Of a stretch of DNA of 64,000 bases, positions 11,201-24,569 are shown in pieces; position 1 is the first letter of the stretch; each line of letters begins with the position of its first letter. This DNA comes from Podarcis cretensis (taxonomy: Eukaryota): NCBI GenBank assembly GCA_951804945.1, contig OX638153.1, forward strand, positions 29,574,001 through 29,638,000, read 5' to 3'. Made by a program: the position numbers and the translations under genes. The notes under the pieces are model-generated. The model searched no databases. It was not told the origin of the DNA and saw nothing but the letters and a program-made list of their open reading frames with translations.

Positions 11201-14200
11201 AAGCTCACAGTTCTTAAGAAAATATTTATATCCCATGTGCCCAAATATGCTGAAGGAAAGATACCTGTGTGCCCTAGTGGAATGTGAATGTTGAAGCAAA
11301 TGCAATGATTTTAAGACCTTTCTTCACGGGCAACAATTCTGTACTGCGGCCCAGATTAAACTAGTTGCACTTGTGGGAGCCAGTGCAACAAGTGCAATTT
11401 GTGTCCTCCCCCCCCCCAATCAGGTTTGGAGGGGTGGGAGAACTGCTAGAACAGTGTGCGGGGGGGGGGGGGAGAGCATTCATCCAAACAAGCAGACAGA
11501 GTCTCATTGTGCATCCTGCAGAGCACCTGAGCAAAGGGATGAGCAACTAACTTCTATCACTAGCACGAAGGAACATTTAATTCCCTTGCTCTGATACTGT
11601 AAGCACTGACCTTTCGTTGAGGCACTAGCAGCTACCCTTGTTTCAGTAGTTCAAGTATATGCAAGTGAATCTTCAAAGGCTGATAGAAAGGGTAGGGAAA
11701 GTAACTAATTTCTGGTAACCCACTACTGTTGGCCAGCCTCCAGGAGACTGAGGCAGCAGTGTATTTTCCAAACCATTGTAGAAATCATAGAGTTGGACAG
11801 GACTAGTAAAGCATTTGACAGAGTTTTAGGAAGTAAGTGGTAGAACTTGGCAGCGATGCTCATTTGCATCATATACAATGACTTTAGTTGGAGTGCAAGC
11901 AGAAGCTTGTTCTGCAGCAACTAATGTCCTGAATAGAATCACACTACCTACTTTCATTTGTCTGGAACCAAGATGATACCTGTTAAGAAAAGTCTTATTT
12001 GATTTTGAAGTGACTGAACTGAAACGTTAATTAACGCTGCAGTTCTCTAGCCTGTATGCATATTGCGTTGGATTTTCATAAGTAGTTTTGCTATAGTTGT
12101 AAGTGGAATTTCCTAATCTGCAGTTTTTTTAGGTACCTGAATAATGGATAGTTCTAAAAAAAGTAATATTTTATTTGCCAAAAGAAAATAAGCAAACAGT
12201 TGGGGGGGGGTGACTATTTTTAGTTAATTATTTAGTTAGTTATTAAAGGCATTTCTAAACTGCTCACTGTTTTAAAAAATCTCTAAACATTAAATTTTAC
12301 AGTGTATAGTCCAAATATTTTACAGCAACAAATGTTGTTATAGTATACAATTGATCTTTATTATGGTATGTAACCTATTTCAGGTATCTGTTTCTTGTGG
12401 AATCCCTGACTTCAGATCAAGAGATGGTATCTATGCACGTCTTGCAGTAGATTTCCCAGATCTTCCTGATCCTCAAGCAATGTTTGATATTGATTACTTC
12501 AGGAAAGATCCAAGGCCATTTTTTAAGTTTGCAAAGGTGCCTTTTCTCTCTTGCTTGTATGAAAAACAGATACGTTTAAACAACCTATAATCTTTATGTA
12601 TCTAAAACAAAGACAGTTTTCCTCAACGCTGTTATGCCCTTACATGAGCAAAGGGGCACATTGATTATTGCACCAATATAAAATCGCAAATAATGATGTC
12701 ATGCTTGCTTTGTAGTGTGTTTGAGTAATAATCAGTGCTCTCTTTCTCTTGTAGTGGTTCTTATTTTTATGGGATATAAAGAAACTAAAGAAGCCAAAGT
12801 TTATAGAGTAACTATCACTGTTGCTTCTCCTATTAAGAAGGCACTACTCTTTTTTTTTTTACTCGATACAGTAGCGATATGCTTATAACAAATAGGTGGT
12901 CAAATGTGTGAGTGAACTTTAGCTTACACAGTAGAACTTCCATCTTCCTCTCCAGCCCTCCTCCTGCCTCTGGTCCCCCCCCCCCCAAAAAAAAAGTTTA
13001 AGATGATCTCCTTCCCTACTCTGAATCAGATTTTGATGGTGTCTGGATGGGAAGAGGAAAGTGAAATACTTCAGTGTGGCTAAAAGTCTATTCCACTCAT
13101 AGACAGTTTTGAATACAATCAAATGTTTAAATGCCATTATGATTTATGACTTTACAATAGCATTGCATACACTGAATCTTGTTTGATGGTGGCGGGTGGG
13201 GAAAACTAATTTTCTGACAGTGTATTTATATGCCAAGCTACAGCATAAATATTTTTGGCTTAAACTTAAGGCATCCACCGAAAAGGCAATAATATTGTTT
13301 TGGAAGCTTTCCACTTTATGAACAAATTTTATTCTTTCATAAAATTAATAACATAATGAATGAAAATAGCACAAGCTAAGTTGACCAACTTGAATACATA
13401 CAATGCTAGTAAAATGTAAAATCAAAAGCTTTTTCAGTGGGTTTCAATTATATGCGATTTCACTGATGCACGTGGTGCCTCGGAACATAGCTCCCACATA
13501 AAAGGGAGCTGCCTGTATACTTTTTTTAATGCAACCTATAATTCCTTTGGGGATCTTTCTGGATGTAAGATTGTGGATGCTAAATAGCTTTTCTTTTCAT
13601 TCATACCTTTTAATGATCAACACTGATCAACAGTTGTAATGATCAACATTTTTGGGGCTTGGAAGATACACTTTTTCAGAGGAGTGGGTTGTATTAGGGT
13701 TGTGCGCATGCAGAGTACTGCTCACAAAGTTGGACTTCCCCTTTCTCTCTTCTCCCTGTGTTGCCTCAAAGTACCCTTTGAAGGCTCCTGCAGCCCTCTG
13801 GAGCAGATTTTGAGAATCCCTGGAGGTCTTCAAAGGAAAGGATAGGAGGGGGAAGTTCCGTTGCATGTGGAAGTATGCTGTGCTATCAGAACAGCAGCAC
13901 TGGACATGACTCCATATTTAAGCAGTCATAGCATGTCATATGTTCAATGGGGGGTGGCAGGAGATGGTGTATACATTTCCCCCATTTAAGTTAATGATGT
14001 ATGTTAGTAGTATTTTCTCCAAGCTGAAAGGTTAACACAAGTTACGATTAGTTTAAAAAAATGTTGGTTCTAGTAAGCAATAGCTAATGTATGGTGGCTG
14101 ATCTTTAAACAAAAACTGAAATGTGATATTAGCAAAATTTATTTTTCGCTTTTTTAAAAATTCTACAGGAAATATATCCTGGACAGTTTCAACCATCTCT

Positions 14201-17200
14201 CTGTCATAAATTTATAGCTTTGATGGATAAAGAAAAAAAACTGCTTCGCAATTATACTCAGAACATAGATACACTGGAACAAGTGGCAGGAATTCAAAGG
14301 ATAATCCAATGTCATGGTTAGTCAATCTTAAATTCTATCTAGATCTCATGTTAATTTTAATGTGCGTGATAAGGGATATGTGGAATCTTTCAGCATTTTG
14401 CATCATCTGTCACTTGGTTAGTTCCTGGAGAATATAGAATACGATAAATGTTTTGAACTGTACATTTATGAATGCACCTGAAAAGGATTGTGCTTCCGCT
14501 CCCTGACAGTGAATTCTATTGCAGTGCCCCCATAGATTTTCAGGATGAACAAATGAAATAAAACAACAATGGGTAGTATTCAACTAATTCATACTTGGAG
14601 TAAACCCATTGGAATCCAAGGGTTTGCTTAGAGTGGGCCTACTCTAAGTATGACTAACTGGATATCATCCAGTGAATTTTATCAGCTAAGTGTGAACATG
14701 CAAATTAAGTCATATATGTTTGTATGTGTTCCTATTCTCAGATCAGTATGACTAGAATAAACTAGGTTGGTTAATATTTGAATCCAGACAACTGCATACA
14801 TCTTTATTTGCTTTTTGGTGTGTTTATGTGTTTCAGGTTCCTTTGCAACAGCTTCTTGCCTCATCTGTAAATACAAAGTTGATTGTGAAGTTGTTCGAGG
14901 AGACATTTTCAATCAGGTAGGAATAAAACCCTAAATATTATCAGGTACATTTAAGGTTGCATTCATAAACAGGCTTAAGGAGTAAGGCTCACTGAGCTTA
15001 ACTGATCTTCTGTGCAAACATGATTAGGAATGCCCTGTAATGAACAAAAAGTATGAGTGTTAATAACTATCAGATAAAATGTTATCCTTATATCTAGAAA
15101 TGTGAACTGTAGCAGTTCAAGAATTCAGTTTACATAGAAGCAGTTGAAGTTCTCCAAACAAGTGCAGTTCTTATTTATTATCATTGTTGCATGCCACGCC
15201 AATCTCCAAGCAGTGCAAGATTCCAGAGGTTCCAGATGCTTACCTAGGGGTTCAGAAAGCTAGCCTGGCTTGATTGGCTTTTAACACTTGCTGGATCCAG
15301 GGATTATAGGGGTCTGGAATCCTCCCAACCCCAAATCTCATAACACTATATTTATATTTCACCATTGCTTCAGTTGAGCTCAAAGCAGCTTGGAAAGATT
15401 CTTCAAAGTAGAATATTTCTTGTAGGTTACTTAGTTCAGATGTGACTCTTGACCTGTCATTCACTGGAGGACACTTTGACTTTTATTTCCCTATTTTAAC
15501 TCAGCTGCCTAAGATTAGAGCTAGCAGTGTCAGAATGATTTCAGTCCACCTTCCATTTCGGAAGGGGAAGTTTCAGGGATATAATTTGTAAGCTCTAGGG
15601 GCAGAAGCAGCTTTGGGGGAAAGACTGAAGATTAGGAGGAGGGAATCTAAAGGATGGGGGTCTGGAGACAAGGTGGTTGAATCAAGGATGCATAGTGACA
15701 GTAGACTGAGAATTGGGAGGAAAGGCTTTGTGAGACTATGAAAGGAGGAACTAAGGCATCCCTGGAAACTACTATCCTGCAAAAATTATTATAAGCCTGC
15801 TAAGAAGCTAGTAACCTGGGTTTCCATGCTGGCTGTGGAAACACATGACTCTAATGTTTAATTGATGCATCTTCATTGTATGCATCATAATCTGTTTCTG
15901 TACAATAGAGAGAGAATACATATGTGAGGCAATCCTTCACAAAAGCTGATAAATATGCAACATGTGCTGTGCTTCTCTTTGTTGGGACAGATGAGAGGAA
16001 ATATTTGTAAATTATTCATAGAATAGTTCTCTGGAAAATTGTAATCTCTAACATTTTCACGAGTTTAAAAATAATTTATTCAGGTGCTTCATGGGGAAAA
16101 GACTGGTTAAAGTATTAGTATTCCTCCTTTGAGTACAAATATTAAAGAATACAATTCATACTTGCATGTCATCAGTTTTGTTACACTTGGAATATTGTTT
16201 AGAAAAGCTGTGGATTATAACATCAGTCATTTTTTTATAGCAATCTGAACTTCTTAATAAATCTGTTGCAACTAATGTTTTGACCCAGTGATTTGCTAAT
16301 TGAATTTAGCTTCTATAAAACTAAAACTAAAAATAATAATGCAACCTTCTGTATGCAGGTTGTTCCTAGATGTCCCAGGTGTTCACCTGATGAACCACTT
16401 GCCATCATGAAGCCGGAAATAGTGTTCTTTGGTGAAAATCTACCTGAGCAGTTTCATAGGGCCATGAAGTATGACAAAGATGAGGTTGATCTTCTCATTG
16501 TTATCGGGTCTTCGCTTAAAGTAAGACCAGTTGCATTAATTCCAAGTAAGTGTTGATTGCTCATCTCTTAGGCATATGGAGGGGAGTCTCTGTTTCAGAA
16601 TAAATATATAAGGAGCTTCCATACAACTGTCATGCTGTACAGTGCTGTAATTATTGAATTTAGAGAGTTTTTTTAGATCTGGGAGGAATATAAGAGCAAG
16701 GAGTATATTTATCTTGCATACTATTAAGTAATATTGCAGAAGCAGAATTCTAGGTCACTTTTTAGTGCATTTACAAGTAGTTCCTAAAACTTGTTGTCAC
16801 ATTTGTTAATAACAGTTGACATATTTCTGTAACATTCATTTTGTTTTATTTTTCTTAAACACGTAGGTTCTATCCCACATGAAGTGCCTCAGATTCTAAT
16901 TAATAGGGAACCATTGCCTCATCTACACTTCGACGTGGAGCTTCTTGGTGACTGTGATGTCATTATCAATGAATTATGTCATAGATTAGGTGGTGAATAT
17001 ACAAAACTTTGTAGCAATTCAGTCAAACTTTCAGAAATAACAGAGAAGCCTCCCAGACCTCATAAAGAATTTGAAATACATTCAGCTGAATTACCACCTA
17101 CTCCTCTAAACATTTCTGAATATTCTAGTTCACCTGAAAGAATTGCACCACAACATTCTCAGGTGGCACGTTCAGAGCAATCTTCTGAATATAAAGCAGG

Positions 17201-20200
17201 AAATTCTGATGCTTCCTTGGAGTCTAAAGAGAACTGTGTAGAAGAAAAATTTCAAGAAGTTCAAAACTCTTTAGAGAATGTTGAAAGTCTTTCTGACCAT
17301 CTAGAAAACCCAGAACATGTGAAGGAAAATGGATCTAACCAAGAGGAAAACAAAGAGAGAAGTGAAAAAACATCTGTTGAAACACTGAGAAAATGTTGGG
17401 TTAATAGATGTGCAAAAGAGCAGATTAGCAAGCGGCTTGATGGTAAGTGCTTAAATAATTTGCAAACACCACTACATTCAAATTAAACAATACTTTCAAG
17501 GTATTAAACACAGCAATTTTGTTTTGAAGGAATTCAGTCAGTAGTGAACAACAATTTGTAAAAATGTCCTGATCTTGCAACCAGAGATACAAACAAAAAC
17601 ATGTACATACACTTCAATAAAAAAATACTTAGATTTAGGTTGGTGCAGTACAATAGGAAATCTAGAACAAATGAAAGAATTCCTCTGACTGAACCAGCTG
17701 ATTACTTCCAATGTTTGCAAGCTTTCAAACTACATGTAGGCAATATGAACTGAATTTATTTTGTATGCCTTCAAAAATAATGTCTGCATTTCTAATATAC
17801 TTGTTTTATCTCTTTGCTTTTCTGCCTTACAAAGCTATTGTCAGACCCATATGAAATGAGCTATCTATTTATAATTATATCCCACTTTGTCCCTGAAGGT
17901 GTTTAAAAAAGTGATCCTACCCATGGCTGTGGGCAAAATCCAAATTAGGATATTTGTAATAAAACAATGTAGTAATCTTTGTTTTGTTCTAAAATGCAAC
18001 AAATCTAGAAAGGCAATCGGACGTGAAACACTGATAAACACTTGGTTGATGAAGTTGTGCAGTGCCTTTAAGTCGACTCCCATCACCTTCATTTGGCATG
18101 ACTTGGTCAAGGATGATGGGAGCTGTAGTCCACAATAACTGGCATCACATAGGTTACCACTGGTTTCAGCAAGTAGGCTGCAGTCCAGACCTCTGATCTG
18201 CCACAGGTAGGGTGACAGGAGCAGCACTATCCCTCCACCCAGCCCAAAACAGCTGTACTGGGGGAAAGCCCCCAAACAGGATGTGCCAGGGAGGGGTTGA
18301 GCCAACCAGGGATACCCTGGATCCCAGCCTTGGCCCCACTGACATCACTTAACCCTCACACTAACTCCAGGCTGGTAAGGATTATTGAGTTCAATGTGGC
18401 TTACTTCTGAAAAGACGTGTATAAGATTGTGCTGTCAAGTACATTATGGGCGATTCCACACAATCTAAAAAGTGGCAATGGAAATGGCACTTCTGTATGT
18501 CATGTGAAGGGGAGGGGAATTTACATATCCCCATGGATATTTTCCCCCTGCATCTCCCCACAGGAAATATGCACATCTTATGTTTCTCTTCCCCCTCTTC
18601 TTTCCCACTCCCTCATCTTTTCACAAAATCCAGAAGCAGCAAGAGGGGGAAGGGTCAGTTCAGGTAATCCTCAAACATGATTTGCAGGATTCGGAATTAC
18701 TTCTACACATTTGAGCAGCATTGTTTGCCTGTTTAGGACATTGTGACAAAATTAAGTTTTGCTTTAAGCAGAAAGGGGATCTTGAGTGTGGGGGGGGGGG
18801 GGAGAGAACATGTGAGGCAAAGTCTCACTCCTGAAAATCTAAAACAAGGTTTGAAGGATTATCTAAACCAACCCAAATTTTAAGATGCAGACTTCTGTTA
18901 TTACCACTTCTTTTAAGCATCCAAATCAACTTAATTGCTGCAAGAAAAACCTGAAAAGAATTGGGGAACTTGTTTTCCCCTCAGTTTACAAGGATTGGTG
19001 CACATGGCAGTAGTTTTCAGTGCCAAGCTATTTCTATGAAGCCATTCCTTATATGGACTATGTGAGTTTTCTCCACACCATCCAATTTCTTCTTTTTTTT
19101 TTAGCAGTGCCATATAGAAATTGACTTGGTATTTGTGGCAGCTTGCCTGTAGAAGTTGTAGTGTGCACACCAGCACCAAGCTTCTGGTACATGTCTGCCA
19201 GATGTGATGCATGGATATGTTTTTTGCATTACAAATTGTATTAATATGGAACAGTATGCTTTCCTCAAGTTCAGAATGTCTAATAGCATACTGGAGATAA
19301 CAATATGATTTTCTGAGTAAAACAAAACCTCATTTAGATGCAGCGTGAACAGGTTGCAGGAATATCAAGAGTTGTACAGGCCTTTTAGTGTAGCTTGCAA
19401 CTGCACAGCCCATCAAAAATGGTATTTCAGTCAACTTGCTTTTAATAAGCCTTTAGGCGGTAAGCTCTGAAGCGATTGCTGTATTTCTTTGATAACAGTC
19501 ATTGGCACAGTCTGACATCATTGCTTATTAAGATGTATCTTTGAGAAAAGTGAAGGGAAAGAAGTGGATTGTAGACTTCATAATTAAACCACAGAAATTA
19601 GTTACACATTCATAACTGCTTCTCTTCCCTCAAGATCTTTGGCTGTGGCCACCAGTAAATGAGAGTGGAAGGGAGCTCTTCCTTTGAGACAATATTGGAA
19701 TGTGTACATTATGTGTACAGTGAGAAACTTGGAGGGGGGTGCTGAATAGTGAATGCCTTCATATGTTACTGAATCCAGTTAAGCACATAGCAGCATGTAG
19801 CAAGCCTTTAAAAAGGGATTCCATAGTCCACAACATGTGAAATTAAAGTGTAATAAATTTTATGTATACCTATTTCCTTACCTAGAAACAGTAGTGCTTA
19901 AAATAATGACAACCCATAAGCATTAATGTATCACATTTAGGACTTCTTGGGATTATTAATGCTGAAATAATTCTTGCTAATCAAACATGTTTCAGGTACC
20001 CAATACTTGTTTTTACCACCAAATCGCTATATTTTCCATGGTGCTGAGGTATACTCGGACTCTGAAGATGATGTCATATCCTCCAGCTCTTGTGGAAGTA
20101 GCAGCGATAGTGGGTCCTGTCATAGTCCAAGCTTAGACATAGAAGACGAGAGTGAAATTGAAGAGTTCTATAACGGTATAGAAGAAGATACTCCTGACAG

Positions 20201-20306
20201 AGAAGAGGAGAATGGATATGGAGAAGATGGAATTGAGCTTCAGGAATCTGAGTCTGTGTCGGTAAACGAAGCTGTAGGATTTGACCATTCGACAGACAAA
20301 CTATAA
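8225..20306 (+). CDS. SIRT1: NAD-dependent protein deacetylase sirtuin-1; join(8225-8792,9626-9742,10778-11019,12384-12536,14169-14316,14837-14916,16359-16545,16867-17442,19996-20306), 793 aa
   Basis: All introns GT-AG with consistent phases; total 2382 nt. Motifs: [47 protein letters not shown], catalytic QCHGSF, Zn-binding [25 protein letters not shown], and the C-terminal regulatory segment [24 protein letters not shown]. Confidence 0.99.
10030..10375. mobile_element. Interspersed repeat in SIRT1 intron 2, probably an RTE-type LINE 5' fragment
   Basis: GC-richer block resembling a common lizard repeat (TTTGGCACCAGCTTGG..GGGACTCC..GGGTTTACTCC). Family assignment is from memory only. Confidence 0.35.
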
Positions 20307-22030
20307 AGTAATTACTGACTGGTTTCAGGAACTTTCCCACCAGCATTAGCAGTTTTGGCATGTTGGAATGAATGTGTACTGAATTTAGAGCAAGGAAAAT
20401 ATAAGGATGTAGTGTTTATAAGCAACTAGAATAGATTTTCATGCATAGTTTTCTAACTTTTCCAATTAAATTCTATAAAGGCACACTCAACACTAATCTT
20501 TTTGAATTTTGAAGGTACTAAGTATCTTTTTACTGTCACTCATTCATTTTTATTAAGTTTAATCTGTGTGAGCTGTGTGTGTGTACATATACAGTATTTT
20601 TGCTTAACAAATTTCAACCTTTTTTTGTTTTTTGAACCGTTTTGAAAAAGCCATTGGAATGTTAATATAATATAAAGGGAACAGCTAATCTAGACCAAAG
20701 AATGGTATTTTCACGCCTCTTGCTTTGTAACACTTTGATTTATTTAAAGTCTCCCCCCCCCCAGCTCTGTTACTGCATAATCTGTTTAACACTGGTATTT
20801 CCCCAAAAGTTAGTATGGCAGCTATGTTTCTTAACATTAGTCTTCATGTTGAAATGCATGTGAGCATATTGAAATTAGGCATCATAGTGAATACCTGGAA
20901 ATCCCTGACTACTTTGATTATTAGAAAGTGCTACTGCAAAACAAAAAACTTCCTGTGGATATGTAATAGTGCCAATTGGCTTGCAAAATTATAGCAAAAT
21001 GGTGTTCAGTTAAGTAGTAGCTCATTAAACTTTTTTGTGACACACAAAGGGTAGGTGGAACAGGAAGTCAGTATACAAAGCTAGCACTTAATGTATAAAA
21101 TCTTTTGTGAATGCTGCCAAAATGTGAATATGTAAATGTACTGAAGGTGTGTATATAATATTCAGGATATGGGAGCAGTCTCCAAAAGAGCTTCTGTACC
21201 CGACACAAACCCTTAAAAGGAGAAACTTAAAATTCCAATATAAAACAGAAAGTTCAGTTTAAGCATAAGTTTAAAATATGCTGTTTGAGGACGGGCTTCT
21301 GTTTTGGATAACTTAATACCACGTGTTGGTACTGAATTATACAAAAAGCAGCTACAGAAATTGGTCACAACGCTGCTTCTTCAAGGCTGCCTTTTAAAAG
21401 TGGATGTCACACATACTTCCAGCTGCAGATTGTTTCCATCTTCCACAATGTGTTTCCTCACCCTGTATTTAATAGTAAGTTTTATGTTTATTTGTGAAAC
21501 CACTTTTCAGCCGTATCCCAAGAGAGCTCTGCCAGTTATTGATCATTCATTCATGTACATTGCTTTAATATTTATTCCATTTTGAAATATGTAAAGTGGT
21601 TGTCCTTTTTAAGCAATTAATACATCTGTTCCGTAACAATAGCATAAAAAAGTGTTAAGAATGGCCTTCTGTGTTCATCTGAAAAACATTGGCATGTTTT
21701 CTCATGGTCCAGGTTCTAAATAGCAGAACTTGCTAGACTACACTAAAGAATGCAATATGTTTAGCTTTGCTTGCATGTCAAAATGTATTTGTGCTATAGG
21801 AGATATTTTAAAATGAAAATATTTTGTTTTTAAATTATTTTTACAGTGTGGATTATTTTATGCTTTTATATTGTATATAGTGTCTTTTATGTAACCAGCT
21901 GGCAAATGTTTTGTAGAAGACTGTTTTAAAATGACCTGGCTCTCTTCCTGCAACTTTTGAAATACAAAACCAGTGTTTTATACTCGTATAGTCTGTTTTA
22001 AGGTCTATTAAATTGTCGTTTAAATTTTGG
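20307..22030 (+). promoter_or_regulatory. SIRT1 3'UTR with clustered miRNA seed matches
   Basis: CACCAGCA 20338 (miR-138), TGAATGT 20369 (miR-181), AAAGGGAA 20674 (miR-204/211), ACCAAAGA 20694 (miR-9), ACACTGG 20789 (miR-199-5p), GGCAGCTA 20817 (miR-22), GACTGTT 21919 (miR-132/212). The terminal block resembles the mammalian SIRT1 mRNA end. Confidence 0.75.
22007..22012 (+). terminator. SIRT1 polyadenylation signal ATTAAA
   Basis: ATTAAA at the end of the conserved-looking 3'UTR block, followed by GT/T-rich sequence. Confidence 0.65.
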
Positions 22031-24013
22031 TTGCTGTTAATAATGTGTGTGGAAAGCCTCTCACTCCTCTCTTGCAACTTCTCGTTTTACCAACAGATAT
22101 GAAATACAATACAGCTTGTGGAAAGTATACTATGGCGTTTCTCCACTTAGGGTTTCTAATGGATGTGAACAACACCATGGCTGCCTTTAAATTTAGTCTA
22201 AGCTTAATGTGAGACCAATATGATCTTTTGAGCAATTTAGACCAAGTCTCCATCCAATGTCTTAACTTTTCATTTTAAAGAATGAACAGGACCACTGCAG
22301 ATGCAATGCAGCCAGCCTCCTCTTACCTGTGCATAAGGTGACCTATTACCTCTGTGCTGCTCTCTTCAGATCCTGCATGTGAGATGCAAACACACCCCAT
22401 CCTGTTTTCATGCTTGAAGCCAATTGTGCTATTTCTTCACTTTGCCTACTGTTGCTGCCATGCTATAATTCACAGCATGAATTCACACAGTGAATTTGCA
22501 GTCCCTGATTTGAGCTAATCCATGAGTAGTGCCAACAATGATTATTTACAGATGAACAGAGAAGAGCAGTCTGACTGGACCTTAAATGTTTTCCATCCTT
22601 CATAAGAAGCTTTTCCTATGTATGTTTTACGCATTAAAAGGAGGTGCTAGAATATCTCAATACATTAGGATAACTGAATTAGCTGCCTCCATGTAGCAAG
22701 CCATTTCTGACTGCTGGTCTGACTCACTACATGAATTGCCAAGTCTTCACCATGCCAGTTAGTTTTCACTCCCTATGTTTTGCCCCAGAAAATCACTCAT
22801 GCACCATCCAAACACCTTACAAGCTAGAAATAGCTTAATTGTTCCTTTTGGCAGCCATCTCCCTATAATAGTCATCTTTCCATATCAAACCTAAAGTTAA
22901 TGTTCAACAGTTATTCTACTGGCTTCCTACACAAGGGCAGAGGCTTGCATGTGAGGAAAGGGAAGTATGTAATCCACTTAAAAGTATTTTATTTCATATT
23001 ATTGTGTGAGTAAAAGTGTATTAAGGGACTCATCTTCAGGTGACTCTACAACTCAACAGATGGAGGAGAATCTGCCACAGTTCAGCACTGTAACTTTCAA
23101 AGTAAAAAAAAAAGGAAATTTTCTATCTGATTTTTATTTTAATAAAATATATAAGGCCATTCAAAAACAGTGTTCACCGGGTGGCTCATTAATAAAATGA
23201 TAAAATGCAATTAATACTTTGTATGCAAATATTTTAATCTGATAACCTTGTATTTATGAAACCCTAAGAGCAGCTGTGCAACTGCAACTATAAAAGACCT
23301 AGTGGCTTAAGGAGGGTGTATTTGTGTGATTAAGGATTGCCTGTCTTTTTTAGGAGTGAGACTACTATAGAGTAGAAAATAGGACAGTTAATATGGGCAG
23401 TATAATAACAAAGCTCTGAGCATTTGGACAGGTGCACCTGCCCAAATTCCCATATGAGCCCTAATGTGAGGAATGACTTTCTTTGTTTTTTAAGTGGGGA
23501 GACCTTTGACTTGTCATTTTCTCTGGCCCTAGCTGTATTTCATAGCAAACTGTTCTGTGAGCTCCCTTGCCATGTGAAACACCCAGTAAGGGTCATCTTA
23601 TTCCACACGGACATACCTGAGTTCTAAGACCATTCTTGGAGGCGGTTGCTCATCTTCTGAAACAGATAATCAACACCTCTTCTTGTTAAAAAGTGTGGCA
23701 CTTACTGTAACAACTTCATTGTGAGTACCAGCACCTATTTTTCTAGAAAGAAAGCACTGGTGCAACCCTACCTGGCCCTTGAGAGTGCCTCTGCGCAGGT
23801 GCTGCATTGCAAATCCCCCCCTTCCTCCATTCTTAGGGTTAACCAAGCCTTCCCCAGCCTGGTAACCTCCAAGTGTCCCCGTTTTCCAGGGACATCCCTG
23901 ATTTAGTGAAGCTGTCCTGGTTTCTGCTTTGATCCCGGGAACATCCCACTTTTCCTTAGGACGTCCCTATTTCCATTGGGAGAAATCTTGGAGGGTATGG
24001 AGTTAATGTTTTA

Positions 24014-24255
24014 CAGTGGTACCTCAGGTTACATACGCTTCAGGTTACATGCACTTCAGGTTACAGACTCTGCTAACCCAGAAATAGTGCTTCAAGTTAA
24101 GAACTTTGCTTCAGGGTAAGAACAGAAATCGTGCTCCGAGGGCGTGGCGGCAGCAGGAGGCCCCATAAGCTAAAGTGGTGCTTCAGGTTAAGAACAGTTT
24201 CAGGTTAAGAACGGACCTCCGGAACAAATTAAGTACTTAACCTGAGGTACCACTG
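24014..24255. mobile_element. Tc1/mariner-pogo (Tigger-like) MITE, 242 bp
   Basis: TIR CAGTGGTACCTCAGGTTA / TAACCTGAGGTACCACTG; TA TSD; near-identical copy at 63164-63405. Confidence 0.9.
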
Positions 24256-24300
24256 TATTACGTTTTCATATATGTTGGAAGTTGCCCAGAGCGGCTGGGG

Positions 24301-24447
24301 CATAGCTTCCCTTTTTTTGCGGGAAATTCCCTTATTCCAGCGCTGCTTCCCGCTGCTATCCCGGAATGTTAGATATCCTGTAGACTGTCCCCGGCACAGG
24401 TGAGGCTGCTGATCCCTTATTTTCAAATCTGAAAGTTGACAGCTATG
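24301..24447. mobile_element. hAT-type MITE nested in an L2-like 3' tail repeat
   Basis: TIR CATAGCT/AGCTATG; 8-bp TSD GGCTGGGG/TGCTGGGG. Excising it restores CCCAGAGCGGCTGGGGCAGCCCAG, similar to the repeat at about 39260. Confidence 0.7.
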
Positions 24448-24569
24448 TGCTGGGGCAGCCCAGTAAGATGTATGGGGTATAAATAGTAAAATTATCATTA
24501 TGCAATGGGACGACCCTATTGTCATCAGAGAACTGTTGGCAGGTATGGGGTGATGGGAGTTGTGCTCTT

